The notes beneath the pieces are model-generated. The model did not search any database. It was given only the letters and a program-made list of their open reading frames with translations, and was not told the DNA's origin. Of a DNA stretch of 64,000 nucleotides, positions 36,401-50,288 are shown one piece after another (positions within the stretch are counted from its first letter, which is position 1; each line of letters starts with the position of its first letter). Position numbers and translations under genes: made by a program. The stretch comes from Lepidodermella squamata. Its lineage: Eukaryota; Animalia; Gastrotricha. The stretch spans positions 682,001 through 746,000 of the forward strand of contig JBLDXI010000064.1 of NCBI GenBank assembly GCA_047495785.1. The letters run 5' to 3'.

Positions 36401-39400
36401 GTTTGATGCTGCATTTGCGAACTTTATAGTGCCGACCGAGTGCGTCTATAAATGGAGATTTGGTTGGGTCTTCCAACAGCTCAGCTTTCTTGTCTGCTGG
36501 GACGAAAACAAAAACGCGATGAAAGATGTCGACGTTGTAGAAAATCAGCAATTCCGCTGGTCTGATGTTGAATCTTTCTGTTGCACCCGGTACAAGGTTG
36601 GATTCTCTGTACTCGCGAGCCAGCTGACACTGTTCAGGCGTGAATAACCGCCATGATTGAGCAAACTGGTATCGTGTCCTATTAGGATCGAATACAGCTC
36701 CGACGACACCTGTTGAAAAATGGCGAAAAGTCCATTAATAATTGTTTCATAATTGTAGCTAAAAATGAGTTGAAAATGTTTTGGAATAAATGGCGTGAAA
36801 AATTTTAAACGCTGGACCAAGCCATGGAGTTCAAATAAACTAATCTGTTACGTTTCGCCAAGTGAAGAAAGTTTTCTTCGAATGGTAAATGATCGTATTT
36901 ACTCCATTGTTAAATAACGGTGATTAGCTTGTTTTTACTTAAAAGTTTCATCGCGATTTTAAGAGAACTAAAACAATTAAATGCTGTTAACGTGGGTAAT
37001 TTGTGACTCATTCCCACCGTGATCAATTTTCTGTCTTACCGGATAGGATGCCTAGCCTTTATTCAGTGCCTGGGCGAATTTAATCGCGATGGAAAAAAAT
37101 GTGCAAATTTTTCGCGAAGAGTTTTCGTAATTGTTTCCGACCGAATTTGTTTGCTTTCCTGGCTGCTAACGACTTTGAACTCTAGGCTTCTCCGCGTTGG
37201 AAATTTGTCGAAACGCCATTTTTGGTGTTTTTTCATTATTTTTCAAGGTATTACTTGACAAATTTCCCCACACAAATTGCAGTATAATTATTAATTGATA
37301 GCTAAAAAATCGCCCGGGTGTCGCCCATTCTCTTTGCGCATCAAGAAATAATAACCAACGTCGAATCATCAACGGTAAAAATACGAAAAATCATCAAGGA
37401 AGCCTAGTTTCTACTATAAATTTGTTTTGAATTATTATTACTTTTATTATTTACCTGCCTTATACGTAGTAAAAATCACAGATAATATCATAACTTACAA
37501 TTTGTTCAAATTAATCGTGAAATAAGAGCAAATTTGGAGAACGCATTTTTAGCCAATTAATCCTCGAAATTTAATTTGGCTCCGCAATTTGGTTCCACTG
37601 AAATAATTTTACGGCAACTTTTCGTAGGAAAACAGCCAACATTCAATAAACCAGAAGTAAAAAAATTGAAAACTACTGGGCAAATTTCTCACGTGGAAGT
37701 GATGAAGCAAGCGATTTTTTCAAAAAAGTTAAATTTGAATTTGAAGGCGTCGCTAATTTTTAAAAAAAATTCTCAGCAATTAATTATGCCGGGGCGCGAT
37801 TAATAAGCTCAGGAATCCGATCCGGTTTCACGGAAAGTTTCAATGCCTCTCGAAATAAGTTACAAAAAGAAATGAAATATAACAAGGATTTTAGCTTGCT
37901 TTTGCATTTCGTTTTCGTTTTCATTTTCGTTTCTTGAGACTTTTGTGACTCTGTGAGAAGCATTGACATTTTCCGTTAAACCGGATAGAATTCCTGAGCT
38001 TTATCCGTGACTTGGATTTATTGTGGATTTATATATTGTGAAAATTAACCTTGAAAATTAGAGAAGCCATTAAATTATAAATGTCCTGGAAAATCGCTTG
38101 CTTCATCAATGAGTACTCGCGGCTGTTAACGTGAGAAATTTCGAGGATCTATATTTGACCAAAAATGCGTTTTCTAAATTTGCTCTTAATTAACGCAAAA
38201 CTACTGTAATTATAAAAAATTGAAATAAATGGTAGTTAAGGTCTCCGTGATTTTCAGTATGAGGCATGGCCACGGCTTTAAGGACTAAGTACAGTAATAA
38301 AAGAATAAAATAATATGAATAATAATTATAGGTACTACCGGGTGTTCCATTAGTAACGCAAGCAAAGAAAATACACGGAAAAGGGATCAGAAACGGTAAA
38401 ATACGGGGCCTCCTTTTCGCGGAACCAAATTTTAGAAATTTCTAGTAGCCTGAAATCGCTTTTTGGATAGCACTTGGAAGCCAAGATTGGCCACAATAAT
38501 TGTAAACAATTCAGTAATGAATTAGGCGCAAAATTATCTATAATGCGAAGTGTTCAGTTAAAAAATAATGCTTAGCCCAATTTTCATAGAAATATTCAAA
38601 AAATGAATTTTTGCATATTTCGACTTTGGTTCTGCAAAGAAAACAATTTGGTTCCGCTACGGCATATTTGGTTCCGCAATAGCAAATTAGGTTCCGCTCA
38701 CCGTAGATTTGATTCCGCCAAAAGATATTCCGATTTAAATACGAGTCAATTCAAGAAATACAAAGATTTAAATAAATCCCAATAAGTTCCGAAGTTTGAC
38801 TGGGGCATGAATTTTATGGGCATTTTTCTCAGGCAAGAACAACATGATCAGATGAAACTGGAAATAGAAAGCGAACCTGGTTGTAACGTGGAGCGCTGGT
38901 TCTTCGATTTGTATGCCAAACGCAGCTCTGGTGGCTGAGTGTTGGTGTGAATGTACTCCACGTTCGTATAGGTATACGGATAGCCAGATATAAACCAATG
39001 TTGCTCCGTTGCAGCAATCTCCATAACGTTAGTTTGCTTCACCCGCCGAATGTTTTCCTCGAATTTGCGCACACTAGTGATCTTGGTATTCGGCAAAGGG
39101 CCATCAGCGACTGTTGCCTCGACTTGACCAGGAACAGCAGTGCCTTTGAAATGGGGATTGTAACGAACTTCCTTTCCACTCACGTACTTCACGAGATAGC
39201 TGACCAGGAACCGCTCATCACATGCCTGAACATTTGTGGAACTCCTCATTAAGACGGCGAGCAATGGAATGGTGGGCAAGAACTTCTTTCCTGCAATGAG
39301 ATGTCTAATTGGGTAATGATGAACCCCGGCCCTGAGCTTCTCGTGGCACAATTTCCATTCAAATTCGCCATCTTTTCCCGTCGGAACACGTTCGGCTAGT

Positions 39401-42400
39401 CCCACGGATTCCAGAGTTTCATACGTCGCGTCGTCATAGATATTTTTCTTCTCTTCATAAAAATACTCCTCGCTTCGTGGATGAGCTCGTACCCGGCACA
39501 TCATCACCCCATCTTCGCCACGGGGCTTCATACAGCGCTCACCGGCAGCTTCGCAATCGTGGCAAGTAAGAATCTTCAGCGAGGCTTGCATGTCTTCGAA
39601 GTCATCATCGTCCTCGACAAGATCATCTGCCAACAGCATTTCCTTGGTAGAACGGAACTTTTCGGAGAAGAAAAGATCTGGATCCAGGCAAATGAGCTCA
39701 GCGACGTGTGGATCACCTGGTTTTTGAGAGACTGAGACTCCGCCGTGGACGTGGCATTTATTGCCCAACGAACCCTGACTCTGAAATTCAATCCTCGAAA
39801 AATGAGTGTTGACTTTTCCGAGAATTTCTGATGGACTTTTCTCGAGGAAACGTACAACGTGATATATGGTGCGCTGCCAGACCATGTTAATGATGAAAAA
39901 GTTGTTCTCGTAAATCTGCCTATACAAGTCATTGTCAAGGATGAGTGAATCGACTTGCCGCTGCTTCAACGAATAATCGACCTTGAAATTAGTAGCGTCA
40001 TCTGCTGGTATTCGCATTTGAGAGGCTATCTTAAGGCGATTGATGAAAGGCCGGAGACCAGGTGAACCACGTTCATTGGCTGCAAACACAAAAAATTAGC
40101 AGTGACTCAATTGTTAATTTTATTAAGGCATACCGGTAAAGGTATAAAACAATGACCATGGGGCGAGTTTCATAGACGCAGCCAATTCCTTGATTTTACG
40201 AGACGAGTCGAAGTCGTCATATTCGAGCTTGGTTTGCACCGAATCGACTCCGAAACCTCCTTCGTCACTGATAAATTCAAAGCCTCGCCGGAAAAGCAAT
40301 GTGGAGCTGTGATGATTCAGACGTTCGTTGGCAGAAATGTCGAAAGCGAGACTCACTGCGTCCCAAGAATGTGACGTAGCAAGATCGCCATCGGCCAGCC
40401 GAACCCTGTTGTGTGCATCGAGGCTTGCGATTCCTACGAACTGGTTTGAATCTGGAGCGCAGTAAAGGTGATGAGGCAATGCGCCGAGTATAGAACCCTT
40501 GAAGTTTTTATAATAGATAGAAGGAAGGAGATTTGCGTCGGGGTACATCAACGACGCAGCAGGGGCACCGCCAGTTCGAACCATCTGCTGCATCGCGTAG
40601 TGCGACTTCTTAGAGGAGAACTGAGCTAGCTTTCGTTCAAGGATTCGAAAATAAAAGGTCAGCATATATTTGCTAGGAATTCCCGTTCGAGAGGTGCAGA
40701 ATTTGACCATATCAGAGACGGATATGGCTTGATCTGTCGGCTGATCAAGATACACGTCATCTGGCAGGGCTGATCCTTCAACCCAAACAGGATCCTCATG
40801 CTCAGGCTCATCTATTTCAGGCTCACCTCGAAGCCGCCTTTGTTGCTCCAAGGTCATTTCGAGTTCATCTTGCGGTTCAGCTTGCAGTAAAGCCTGGGAG
40901 CAGTTTCGCATAGCATTAGGCACGGAGTTACCGCCATTAGTACACAATTCTTCCGCCTCAGGGATATTCGTAAGTGGCTCCAAGAAAGTAGTTGGTGGCT
41001 CTATTGGTGTCGAACGATCAGTTGGCAGGTTTTTCAGGCAACGCTTGCATATACCAACGGTACATAACCGACCCAGGTGCATTCCTTCAGGGCAACGGAG
41101 CAAAGCAGGCCGTCCACATTGCCGAGGCGGGCCACGTCGGCCAGCTGGAACGTAGGCGCAACATTTCGTAGCCAAGTCCAACGGCACCTCAGTCAAGCCG
41201 TGCCCGTCGTGATGTTGAACGTGAAGTGAACAAACTGCAACTCGCTGACCACCAAGCGCGGATAAAACTGCGTGATGTTGTGCTTTTTCATCGCCGGGTC
41301 GAGTGTAAATAGCGTAAACAACGGCGCCGGAAATGGCTGCGAGGTTGTTAATCTCTTGAACTCGTCCTTTCTGCGTCGTAGACCACCATCCCGAATAGTC
41401 ACCACCCCAGCGCATTAACGTCAAAAGATTATTCGGTAACTTATCTTTTGCTGGAGTTTCAACTAGCAGAAAGACTAATGAATGACTACCGAGCTTGAGC
41501 GGGAATTTATCAGGAATAATGGAATCAGATCCATAAGGTCGACAAAACAGGATGTCCGTCTTGGGTTGAAAATCTTGAAATAGGCGAACTTTTTCGAAGC
41601 GGCTGTTTGGTCGTATCATCGGCAAGGCGAGAACGCTGTTGTCCGCTGAAAATAAATGTGAAGATGCTACAAATAGAACGTAAGTGAAAGAGTTAGCTCC
41701 TAGGTGATTCCTATCAGGGTGATATACAGTGAAACATTGGTTTAGCGTCATGTACTGATTGGACTACTGAAACCTCGGAAACTATATTTGCCTTAAAATT
41801 CAAGATAAAATCGGGAACCAATCGATATTATCTGACTTCTGAATTTTTCAAGTAAACCGAGGGGATAGATTTTTTGCGATAAGTGACTTGTTTTGTCACA
41901 TTTGCTATTTTGCGCAGTTTCTGTTTTAGCGCCTTGCCAAAATTAATTTAACCGAAAATAGATGAAAAGTGGGGTCTGGTGATATTTTGATGTCGATCAG
42001 TACAACAAATAGGTTGATATTTATCAGGGTTGCAGAAAATTGGCTTCAAAGTTGACCAGTGATAATTTCTAATTTGGAAAAATGCGCGCTCAAAATATTT
42101 CAGTTTTCATCACAAGTATTAAAAATCCCTCGCGCAATAAATTCTAATTTCATGTTTTTTGCGCTTTCGACATCTCTAAGGTAATCTGAGGTAAGGAATT
42201 TGTCATACTGTCATATTTGTCATAAATTTCTCTAGTTTAATAAAAATCGTAAAAATCTGTTGAAAGCATTTACAGGCACGAAATAATTATTGACAATAGA
42301 ATCACATTTGATTACAACGGAATAAAATATCCGGCTAATTTATGAACTGATATAATTATTTTACCTCGTCTGCTCTGACTTCTTATCGCTCGCTGATTAG

Positions 42401-45400
42401 GTTCATCGGCCACTTGGAGATGTAATCGAAGATTAACAACACTGGCGCCAGACGTCTGAAGTTCATCACCACCAACAGCGGGACATAACTTGTTGAGTAA
42501 TTCAATCGCCCGGTCAGCAATATCTGGAATAAGGTCACCTGCAGCATTACGCAGTGAAGCGTCCCATAGGTGACGACCAGCGATACCGCAGTCAATTGAT
42601 AGCGGCAAATTTTGGAAAATCTTCGCAGTCATCTGGAACAGCTTAGAAACTGGAAGTTGACCCAAGGAAAATTGAGCAGTTGAAACGTAATTAGACAACG
42701 CGTTTCTATTGACAGCGCGGCAGTTGAGTAACACGTTCAAGACATGCCAGGTTAGAAGACACATCCTCTTATTTTTCGTTTTCGCACCGACAACGCGGAA
42801 AGCAAAAGGTATCATGCCGTATTCATCAGCTTTATGAACAGGGTTCACAATGAGTTCCTTTACAGAAATTTTGTTTTCGGCAAGAGGAGCTTGTTCTTGA
42901 ACCGGGGCAGTAGTCGGACCAGTCGCCTCTTTTCGCAAAATAGCCCACGAGTGATAAACATCCGAACGTTCCATGAAAGTTGAGCCGCCAATGGCTTCCT
43001 GAATTTCCGTCGTAAGGCGACGGTATTTTCCCCGAAAAGCTCGTTCCAGGTGGGAGACTTCTTCAATGCCAAATTTAGCAATCATACAACGCTTGATGTC
43101 AGGCCGTTCTGCCGCTGCCAACATCTGTGGTTCAATATCTTCGACATCAGCAACAACGTTTTCATTAGTGGGCGCGATACTGAAGGTGCTACAACCGTTG
43201 TAACCCCCAACAACAGCATAAACGGGAGTCGAAGAGGTACATTTCCCAATACGAGTTTTTCGAACCAAATTAGGCATGATTTGAACAGGGGCGACAACTT
43301 CAGGCGTCTGACGACATGTCGCGCTGTAAGTTGGGTTTTTCGGGATGTGTAGGAAACGCGACCGAAGCTCATTGCGGGAATGCCTGTCGCAAACCAGGAC
43401 ACAAAGGCCCTTCACCTTGTCGATTGCCATTCCACAATTTACCGACCAGCCGAAGTAATCACTGGTAACATTCGGATAGTCAGAACGGGCTGAAAGGAAC
43501 CAGCGATGATCGGAGTCTCCGATTCGCAGTCGAGTTAGGTGGTTGACGAGATGATTAGCAGGAATTTTCTGACAAAATTCCGGCCACGTCCAGCAACCCA
43601 GAGAGCATTTTACCGGCGGGCAGCACGTACTGTCCAATTCTCGCTTCAACGAACCTACAAACCAAAGAGGAAATAATAAAATCAAATTGTATACTTGAAA
43701 AAGCAATACCTGGGCTTCTGTAGGCTCGAGTCTCGAAACCGTCCAGATAGTCCGAGTGGTCGATAAAATAGGGCTCACCAGAGGTCATGAGATTATTTCC
43801 AGTGGTTTGGATTTCAACTGCCCACATATCACGCAGCCGTTGCGGAATTAAATTCGTGAGCTTGGAGCCATCTTCTCTGAATTTCGGGTCGAAGAATAGG
43901 CTATGAAGAATAGCCGCCCAAGCGTCTTCGAATTGGAGCTTTTTGTTGCAGCTTTTGGCCGATTTAGTCGACTGAACCTCGAGATAGCGTTCGCAAACCT
44001 CACAAAGTAGGGCGTTTTTAACAGTAGACCTCCGCTTTATAGCACCGTAATTTCCACCGCGCACTTCTTCAACACGGACAAATGGGAGAGGGTCTTTGGC
44101 CGTTGCAGTTCGTTTGCAAGAATCACACTGCGGCGCTGTTATAGAGAGAACGAGATTAAGAATTGAAATCTCCAAATGAGAATTTTGCCAACAGCACTTA
44201 TTAACCCAAACTATTTCAATTTGAAAATAGGATAATTTCGTTTGAAAATAGGAAAAACGAGATAAATGCAAATATTATTAGAGCCTAAAAATTCGATAAT
44301 CTGCACAGCTATAGAAATTTGGAATTAATTCGAGTATGAAGTATAGGTATAAGAAATATTGTGAGAAAATCAAATTTCATAATACTGGTTGAATGAAATA
44401 TCGCTCTCGATTTAGGGTGGAGATAGGAATTTTAGCCGCGCCAACTACAGTAGTTTTGCGTTAAGCCGGACTCGATCCGCGCCAGAAGATTTAGTCCGGC
44501 TTAATGAAAGTCCGCTTTATTGTAAGCCGGACTGGTCCGGTTTATAAAAAAAACAGTGCATTTCTTTACAAATTATTCAAGAATATAAGCGCTATTAAGT
44601 AATGCGCTATTTAGGTGTGTAAAAAGTTCTATTATCGCGATGGAATCAAGGTTTTGCCATATATCGACAAATTATTTTTCAATACTGCGATCATTTTTGC
44701 TATCAAAGCCACTCAAAAACAGCGTAAAGAGGGTGTTTCTGCGCTCTAGATGAAAATGATCCTGTAAGCCGGACTTTTTTGAGTTAAATTCACTAAAAAT
44801 CAGTCCGTTATAACGCAAGTCCGCCTTATGACAGTCCGGCTTATTGCAACCATTTGCATGTAAAACGCTAGTCCGCGGCACGAGCCAAGCAAAATGGTCC
44901 GGCTAAGCGCAAGTCCGGCTTATGATCGTCCGGCTTAACGCAAAACTACTGTATTTATTGAAATTTAGAGAAGTTCGACCTCAGGGCTGGAAAAAGTGTC
45001 CTATCACAAGATGTGCTTTCGGGCCAAAATTAGCGGATATTTCCGAGTCTCGATATGCCTGATGAATTACAGGGAACTTCCTAACAGAGAATTCGCTTGA
45101 TACCGAAGTTTAAAAGGTGGCTTGTACTTTTTTCCATTTCCAGAAAAATAAATTGCCGCAAAGGTAATGGTGTTGAGATCTTGGGAAGAATCTTCCACCG
45201 CGCTTTATTTCGCTCGTGCCTGATAAATCGGTGAATTAATATAGTAATTTTTGGACCATATTTTCTTCTTCAGAAAATGTTTCTTTTTCCCCGAAAAATA
45301 TTTTGTTAATCAAAAACCACGACTAGCATCTGTTTCACGGAGTATATTTATAGTGTATTTGTGTTGGCGTAGTAGCCATTAAATTAAAATTTGGCATATA

Positions 45401-48400
45401 CCGTACTGCCCGAAATTTTTGCCCTCTATTTTTCAAAAAAAGTCGCAGCCCCGTCTTATATTTGAGACCGCCATCTATTTGAGGTCTGACCTTTATTATT
45501 TCGAACCCTTTTTAACTCATCAGATGCCGCGAGTTAATGTTTTTTCGTCAGCTAATTCCACGTTTTGTCAGCTAATTCCAGTTTTCGTCAGAAATACCAT
45601 TTTCTGTCAGAAATGACACTTTTTAACAGCTAATTTAACATTTAATTACTAATTATGATTATAATTATATACTGTTCTCAATTTTCACGTGAATAGCGCA
45701 GCGCGGAAATTCTTTGATTTCTTAAATATTGCTGGTGCTATATTTTCGATCATAAATCCCTAGCTAAACCTGAGTGGAACCCATTTCGACCTTTTTTCGC
45801 GAGAAAAATTTCGCAAAAGTGCGCCCCCAGTTCCATAATCCACAAAGATTTCACCTCAGCTTCTGGCGCGTAGTCGCGAGTTTTCACCGTGAACTGTCCC
45901 TACTATTTTTTAGTGAATTTTTTTCAAGTTAATCCCAGGCGAGACAGTCACGTCTTCAATTGTAAACAGCATGTGACTTGATTTTCAAGGTATCCTATCC
46001 ATATTTTGTTGATATTTCTTTACCGTTCTGGTAACAGTAGTGTTATCGTAGTTTTTCTGTAGTTTTACCGTAGTGCCACGGAAAAACTACGGTAGCAATC
46101 GTTTATAGGTATTTACTACCAAAATGTGCTACTAAGACGTCGTGCGATTAAAAATCCGAAAGCATATTAGAGCCAATAATTTTGAAAAAAAAATGTCAAC
46201 ATTTTCCTACGTTATTTTCGTGAAAATGGGCAGGAAATAGAGTTACAGAGCACTAATAAATTAAAATTAAAATTAAATATTAAATTAGCTGTAAAAAAGT
46301 GTCATTTCTGACAGAAAATGGTATTTCTGACGAAAACTGGAATTAGCTGACAAAACATGGAATTAGCTGACGAAAAAATATTACACCCGATGCCGCTAAA
46401 CAACACTTCCGGTCCCTAAGAATTGGCCAGTTGATTATGAAGACGCTGTAGTAGAATTCGAATTCCTTTAAAATATAAATATTTTTAAATATTCTAAATA
46501 TTTTAAATATTTTGAAATTTAAAAAAATAATGATAAAAGCGTGACCGGAGGCCTGATCTTTATCATTTCGAATGACCCTTGAACCCCGTCTTATATTTAA
46601 GGCTGACTAAATTTTCGGGCAAAACGGCCAAACGGTAATTTCCTTTTCTGGCAGAAAAAATATCGGAATATATTTTAGCGGAACCAAATTCGAAATATGC
46701 CAAGAGTCAGTTTTGCATATTTCTACGAATTGAACATTCCGTCTTATAGAGAATATTGCGCTTAATTCACTGGTGAATTTTCGGGAATCATTAGTGCTAA
46801 TAGTGATTTCAGGCCACTAGAAAAGTCCACAAACTACAAATTTACGCTAGCAAGAGGACCGAAAAAATATGATTTCTGGAAAAAAATGTCTGCTAAATAT
46901 TCGGCTAAAATGAAAAAAATTCTAACAATAACATATTCTGGCAATAAAAGAATTCTTCCAATTTTCCACGAACTCAAAAAATCATGAACTAGACACGAAA
47001 GAAAATAATAGCTGCGACCCCTCGAGTTTCGTCACGATGGCATAGGTGTCTGAGTTGGAAATATACTCATATTCATAAATCAAATTGTTGTGTAACTGCA
47101 AAATTGCGCGAAAGGTTTGTTCATTTTTTCAAATAACGGGTGAATATATACCTACCTCATTTAATTAGAAATTCGAACATATCTGTTCGGAGAATTGTTC
47201 TATTTATGTGATTCAAGAAGTGCTCCTTTTATCGGAACAAAATTGACAGTGAGCAGAACTTTTCTACAGGCCTGAAATCGCTTTTCAGATACTTTCTTGG
47301 TCTCAAAATTAACACGATAATTATTCTTAAAAAAAACACCAGTAAATTCAGCGTAACATTACTTGAACAATGGCGAATTTTTGCCAGAAAAGTATTTTTT
47401 TCAATAAAATATTTCAATCTTCAGAAATTAATTCAGAAATTCAATCTGCAGAAATAAAGAGATAAGAATATTAAATTTCATTTCGGATATTTAAGGGAAA
47501 AAAGCACTGCTGGCTTTTGGACACTCTCATTAGACTGGCTCGATCTAAAAAATTCGGCTAATGAGTGAATTAATAAGCAGATATTGAGAAGTGAGATTTT
47601 TAACCATTGCGATTTTGATTGATAAATAATCTAGCAGCTTTTAAACCCTAAAATATTTAACAGTCTAATTAATTTCAAAGCGAAGTATTTGTCGAGTCTA
47701 ATAAGAGGGTTGAGGTGCCATAATAGCTTAATTTGGGCTGTATCCGAGATGTTTAAAAAACGCTTAAAAAGCGGGATTTTTGTAGAGCGAGGAAAATTTC
47801 CCTCGATTTCATTCTTGAACCAAAAATATGGGATTTTATAAAACAAAATTAACGGGAATTCGAATTTTTACAACGGTAAAAAAGACTTACTCGACTCGCT
47901 GGCATTTTTAGTTGCTGTAGCTGACGGCGGAACAGGCTCGTGTGAAACTTCACGGCTTTTCCGAGCTCGCCTACGCTTCTTCGCCCTGGTGCTGATGGCC
48001 GGAGCAGACGGCTGAGACGGCGACATCGATGGACTAGTTGCAGACGGTGGAATGCTGTTCACCGCTTCATGACTTGAAGCTGGTTGGACACCGGCCGCGG
48101 ATCTTGGAGCCGGAATTTCCATCGGGCTGCTAATTGAGCATTGATCTGGTCTTTCAGGTTCGGAACGTAACAGTGGTAACAGAGCAACATAGTGCCCACT
48201 GCCGTCGTACGCAATGTGAATAACAGCCGGGCCATTTCCGTAGGAGAATATGTTTCGGCTTCGAGCATCGAACAACTTCACAGTAACGTTAAGGCCATCA
48301 GCGACCGATAACAAGGAAATGTTATCGCCCCAGTCCCCGCCTTGTCTCGCAGGCATGCCGATACGCCGTGTCAACTCAGCCATGCTCGTACTAGGCAATG

Positions 48401-50288
48401 GCTGGCCGCAATTCCTCGCATTTCGCATCGTTAAAGGGTCGTAGGCCCACAGGTGGTCATAGGAGCCGGTAGAAAGGCGACTTTGTGCTAACCTCCGCAG
48501 CTGCATGAAATCATACACCATTCCGGCACGCCTGGCCGCGTCAGAAACTGCGTAAAATTGGCAATCGCCTTGGGCAGGGTTGTCGACAATTTCGAGTCTA
48601 TTAATTCGAGCTGCTTCCCTCAACCATTCGCCATCGGCAAGTGGTGGCAACGCAGCAGGAAGAATCAAGGTGACGTCAGGTAAAACTGCCGAGCAATCTA
48701 TGAAATAGGGCGTTATTCGACTGTTTTATAAAAGGATTGATTGAAAAATGCCGCTAATGCTCAGCAATAATTTGGTAAAATACCATAATTTATGGCATGT
48801 TTGCTCCTTTCAATCACGTCTTTTGGAGCATAAGTTCCTTAATTAAGAAAATTCCGTAAAGTTAATGAAGGCAGAGACTTAAATAAACCAACAATTTATT
48901 CCACAAAACTATTAGGTAAAAACTAGTATACTAGTATATTTAACATGTTTAAAAATTCTTTAATCTTATTCTTTCACATTTCCTAAATTTCCTCCTATTC
49001 AATATTTTCAATATTTTCTGATGCTCTGAAACCGATGGAACGTGACGCCTTAGATCTAAAAATTAATTGCCTGATGATTTTTAGTACTACTACAGCGTGT
49101 CCCAGAAGTGGCACAACTATTTTGTGAGAAATTCCAACAAAATTAGAATTAAACCTACCGATAGAATATTCCATTTTTATCCGCGATTCAACCGAAGCAA
49201 AATAAAAATTATTAGAAAATACTGGAAAAACCTGATGATACTGGTTTGGTAACATTTCTCCGGATTTTCCAATCCCATTAACAGTTTAGTCGAATCATCG
49301 CGATTTTTTTATTTTTTATAAAATTATCCTGATCATGGGATGTGACTTACTCTCCGCGTATTTTGTTTTTATTTCGTTAGCATGGGAAACACTACTAATA
49401 TCCTGTTTTCATTAATTTTTGGTTTTAGATATTTTCGGCCCTTTAATATCAATGGATTGATGGACTAATGGAACACGTAGTAATGCCATTAATGATAGCT
49501 TGAAACTCACTTGTAGCACTATCAGTCTCATTGTAGGCGGAAGCAGAATAGGGAAATGCGTCGCCTGCCAATTTTCTGGCAAAATCAGGTCCAGCGATGC
49601 CGATTCGACCAGACACAACATCAGCAAAAGACCGACGTTGATTTTGAGACCCTGGCTGAAAAGCTGGCGATTGTTGCGGTATAGTAGACGAAACGCCGCC
49701 GCTGCTGCCTTGAATGCCTGAATGCCAAATGTTATCAATTTCAAGTAAAATAATTCAGAAATTCAGAAAAAAGATGTGCCTTGTTCTGCTATTGCCACGA
49801 CGTTGACTAACCACTTTCCTTACTCGAGCAGCATGACCATAATAATTAATTAATATAAAATTATATTAAAATAGTGGTATTTTATATATTATAAAATTAT
49901 ATAAAAAACGATAGTATTTGGCCTAATTTCATGTACTAAACACTAGAAATCGAATACCTAAGTATATCTGAAATTTCTTTTACGAATATTATTGATTACA
50001 AATTAAAATACAACTATGATAACTTGAAATGATGTTAAAATAATTGTTTTAGAAAATTGCAATATCTTCCTAATTCTTACCAGAGGAAGAAGGTTCAGGA
50101 TTTTTTGCGGGCACTTGGTCACTCACAGATTGCGCGGCCGCAACAACTGGGCAACATCGTGCAGCATGGTGATTGTTACAATGGGAACAGTGAGTAGTTG
50201 CCTTGGCGCCAGTTTTTCCGCATTTCGAGCATGTCGGTGCCGTACCTTTCTTTGTTGTCAAACTATCGTCAAACGTGGTTCTTGGCAT
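33499..50288 (-). CDS. Rep-helicase polyprotein, about 2,860 aa, 13 exons: 50288-50081, 49717-49511, 48697-47891, 44135-43710, 43654-42365, 41645-40134, 40079-38877, 36709-35732, 35677-35195, 35134-35106, 35056-34358, 34304-33570, 33513-33499 (ZnF - OTU - Cys-rich - Rep - PIF1 - GIY-YIG)
   Basis: All junctions are GT-AG, in phase and stop-free. Splicing rebuilds Rep motif 1 LFYTFT|ANE, helicase IATG|DFAQLQPIK and FRYY|LCTTVHRIMG. Also present: RIEFQSQGSLGNKCHVHG (HUH), SYLVKYVS (Y2), GPPGAGKT, QLLVMVSR, GVVYHLIS..SYIGQT..ERLREHN (GIY-YIG) and GDCQFYAV...GHY (OTU). AATAAA at about 33414-33419 on the minus strand. Confidence 0.85.
37440..38320. mobile_element. Degenerate foldback/MITE in RepHel intron 7
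   Basis: Nested inverted blocks, e.g. 37520-37570 vs 38135-38190, 37700-37720 vs 38090-38108 and 37804-37850 vs 37955-38003; boundaries approximate. Confidence 0.55.
44448..44951. mobile_element. Tc1/mariner (pogo-like) MITE in RepHel intron 3
   Basis: Perfect TIR CAGTAGTTTTGCGTTAAGCCGGA at both ends; TA TSD at 44446-44447 and 44952-44953. Confidence 0.85.
45531..46388. mobile_element. MITE with about 120-bp TIRs and an 8-bp TSD (Mutator/Merlin-like), nested in an older element in RepHel intron 3
   Basis: TSD GATGCCGC at 45523-45530 and 46389-46396; TIRs contain repeated GTCAGCTAATTCCA units. Confidence 0.75.
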
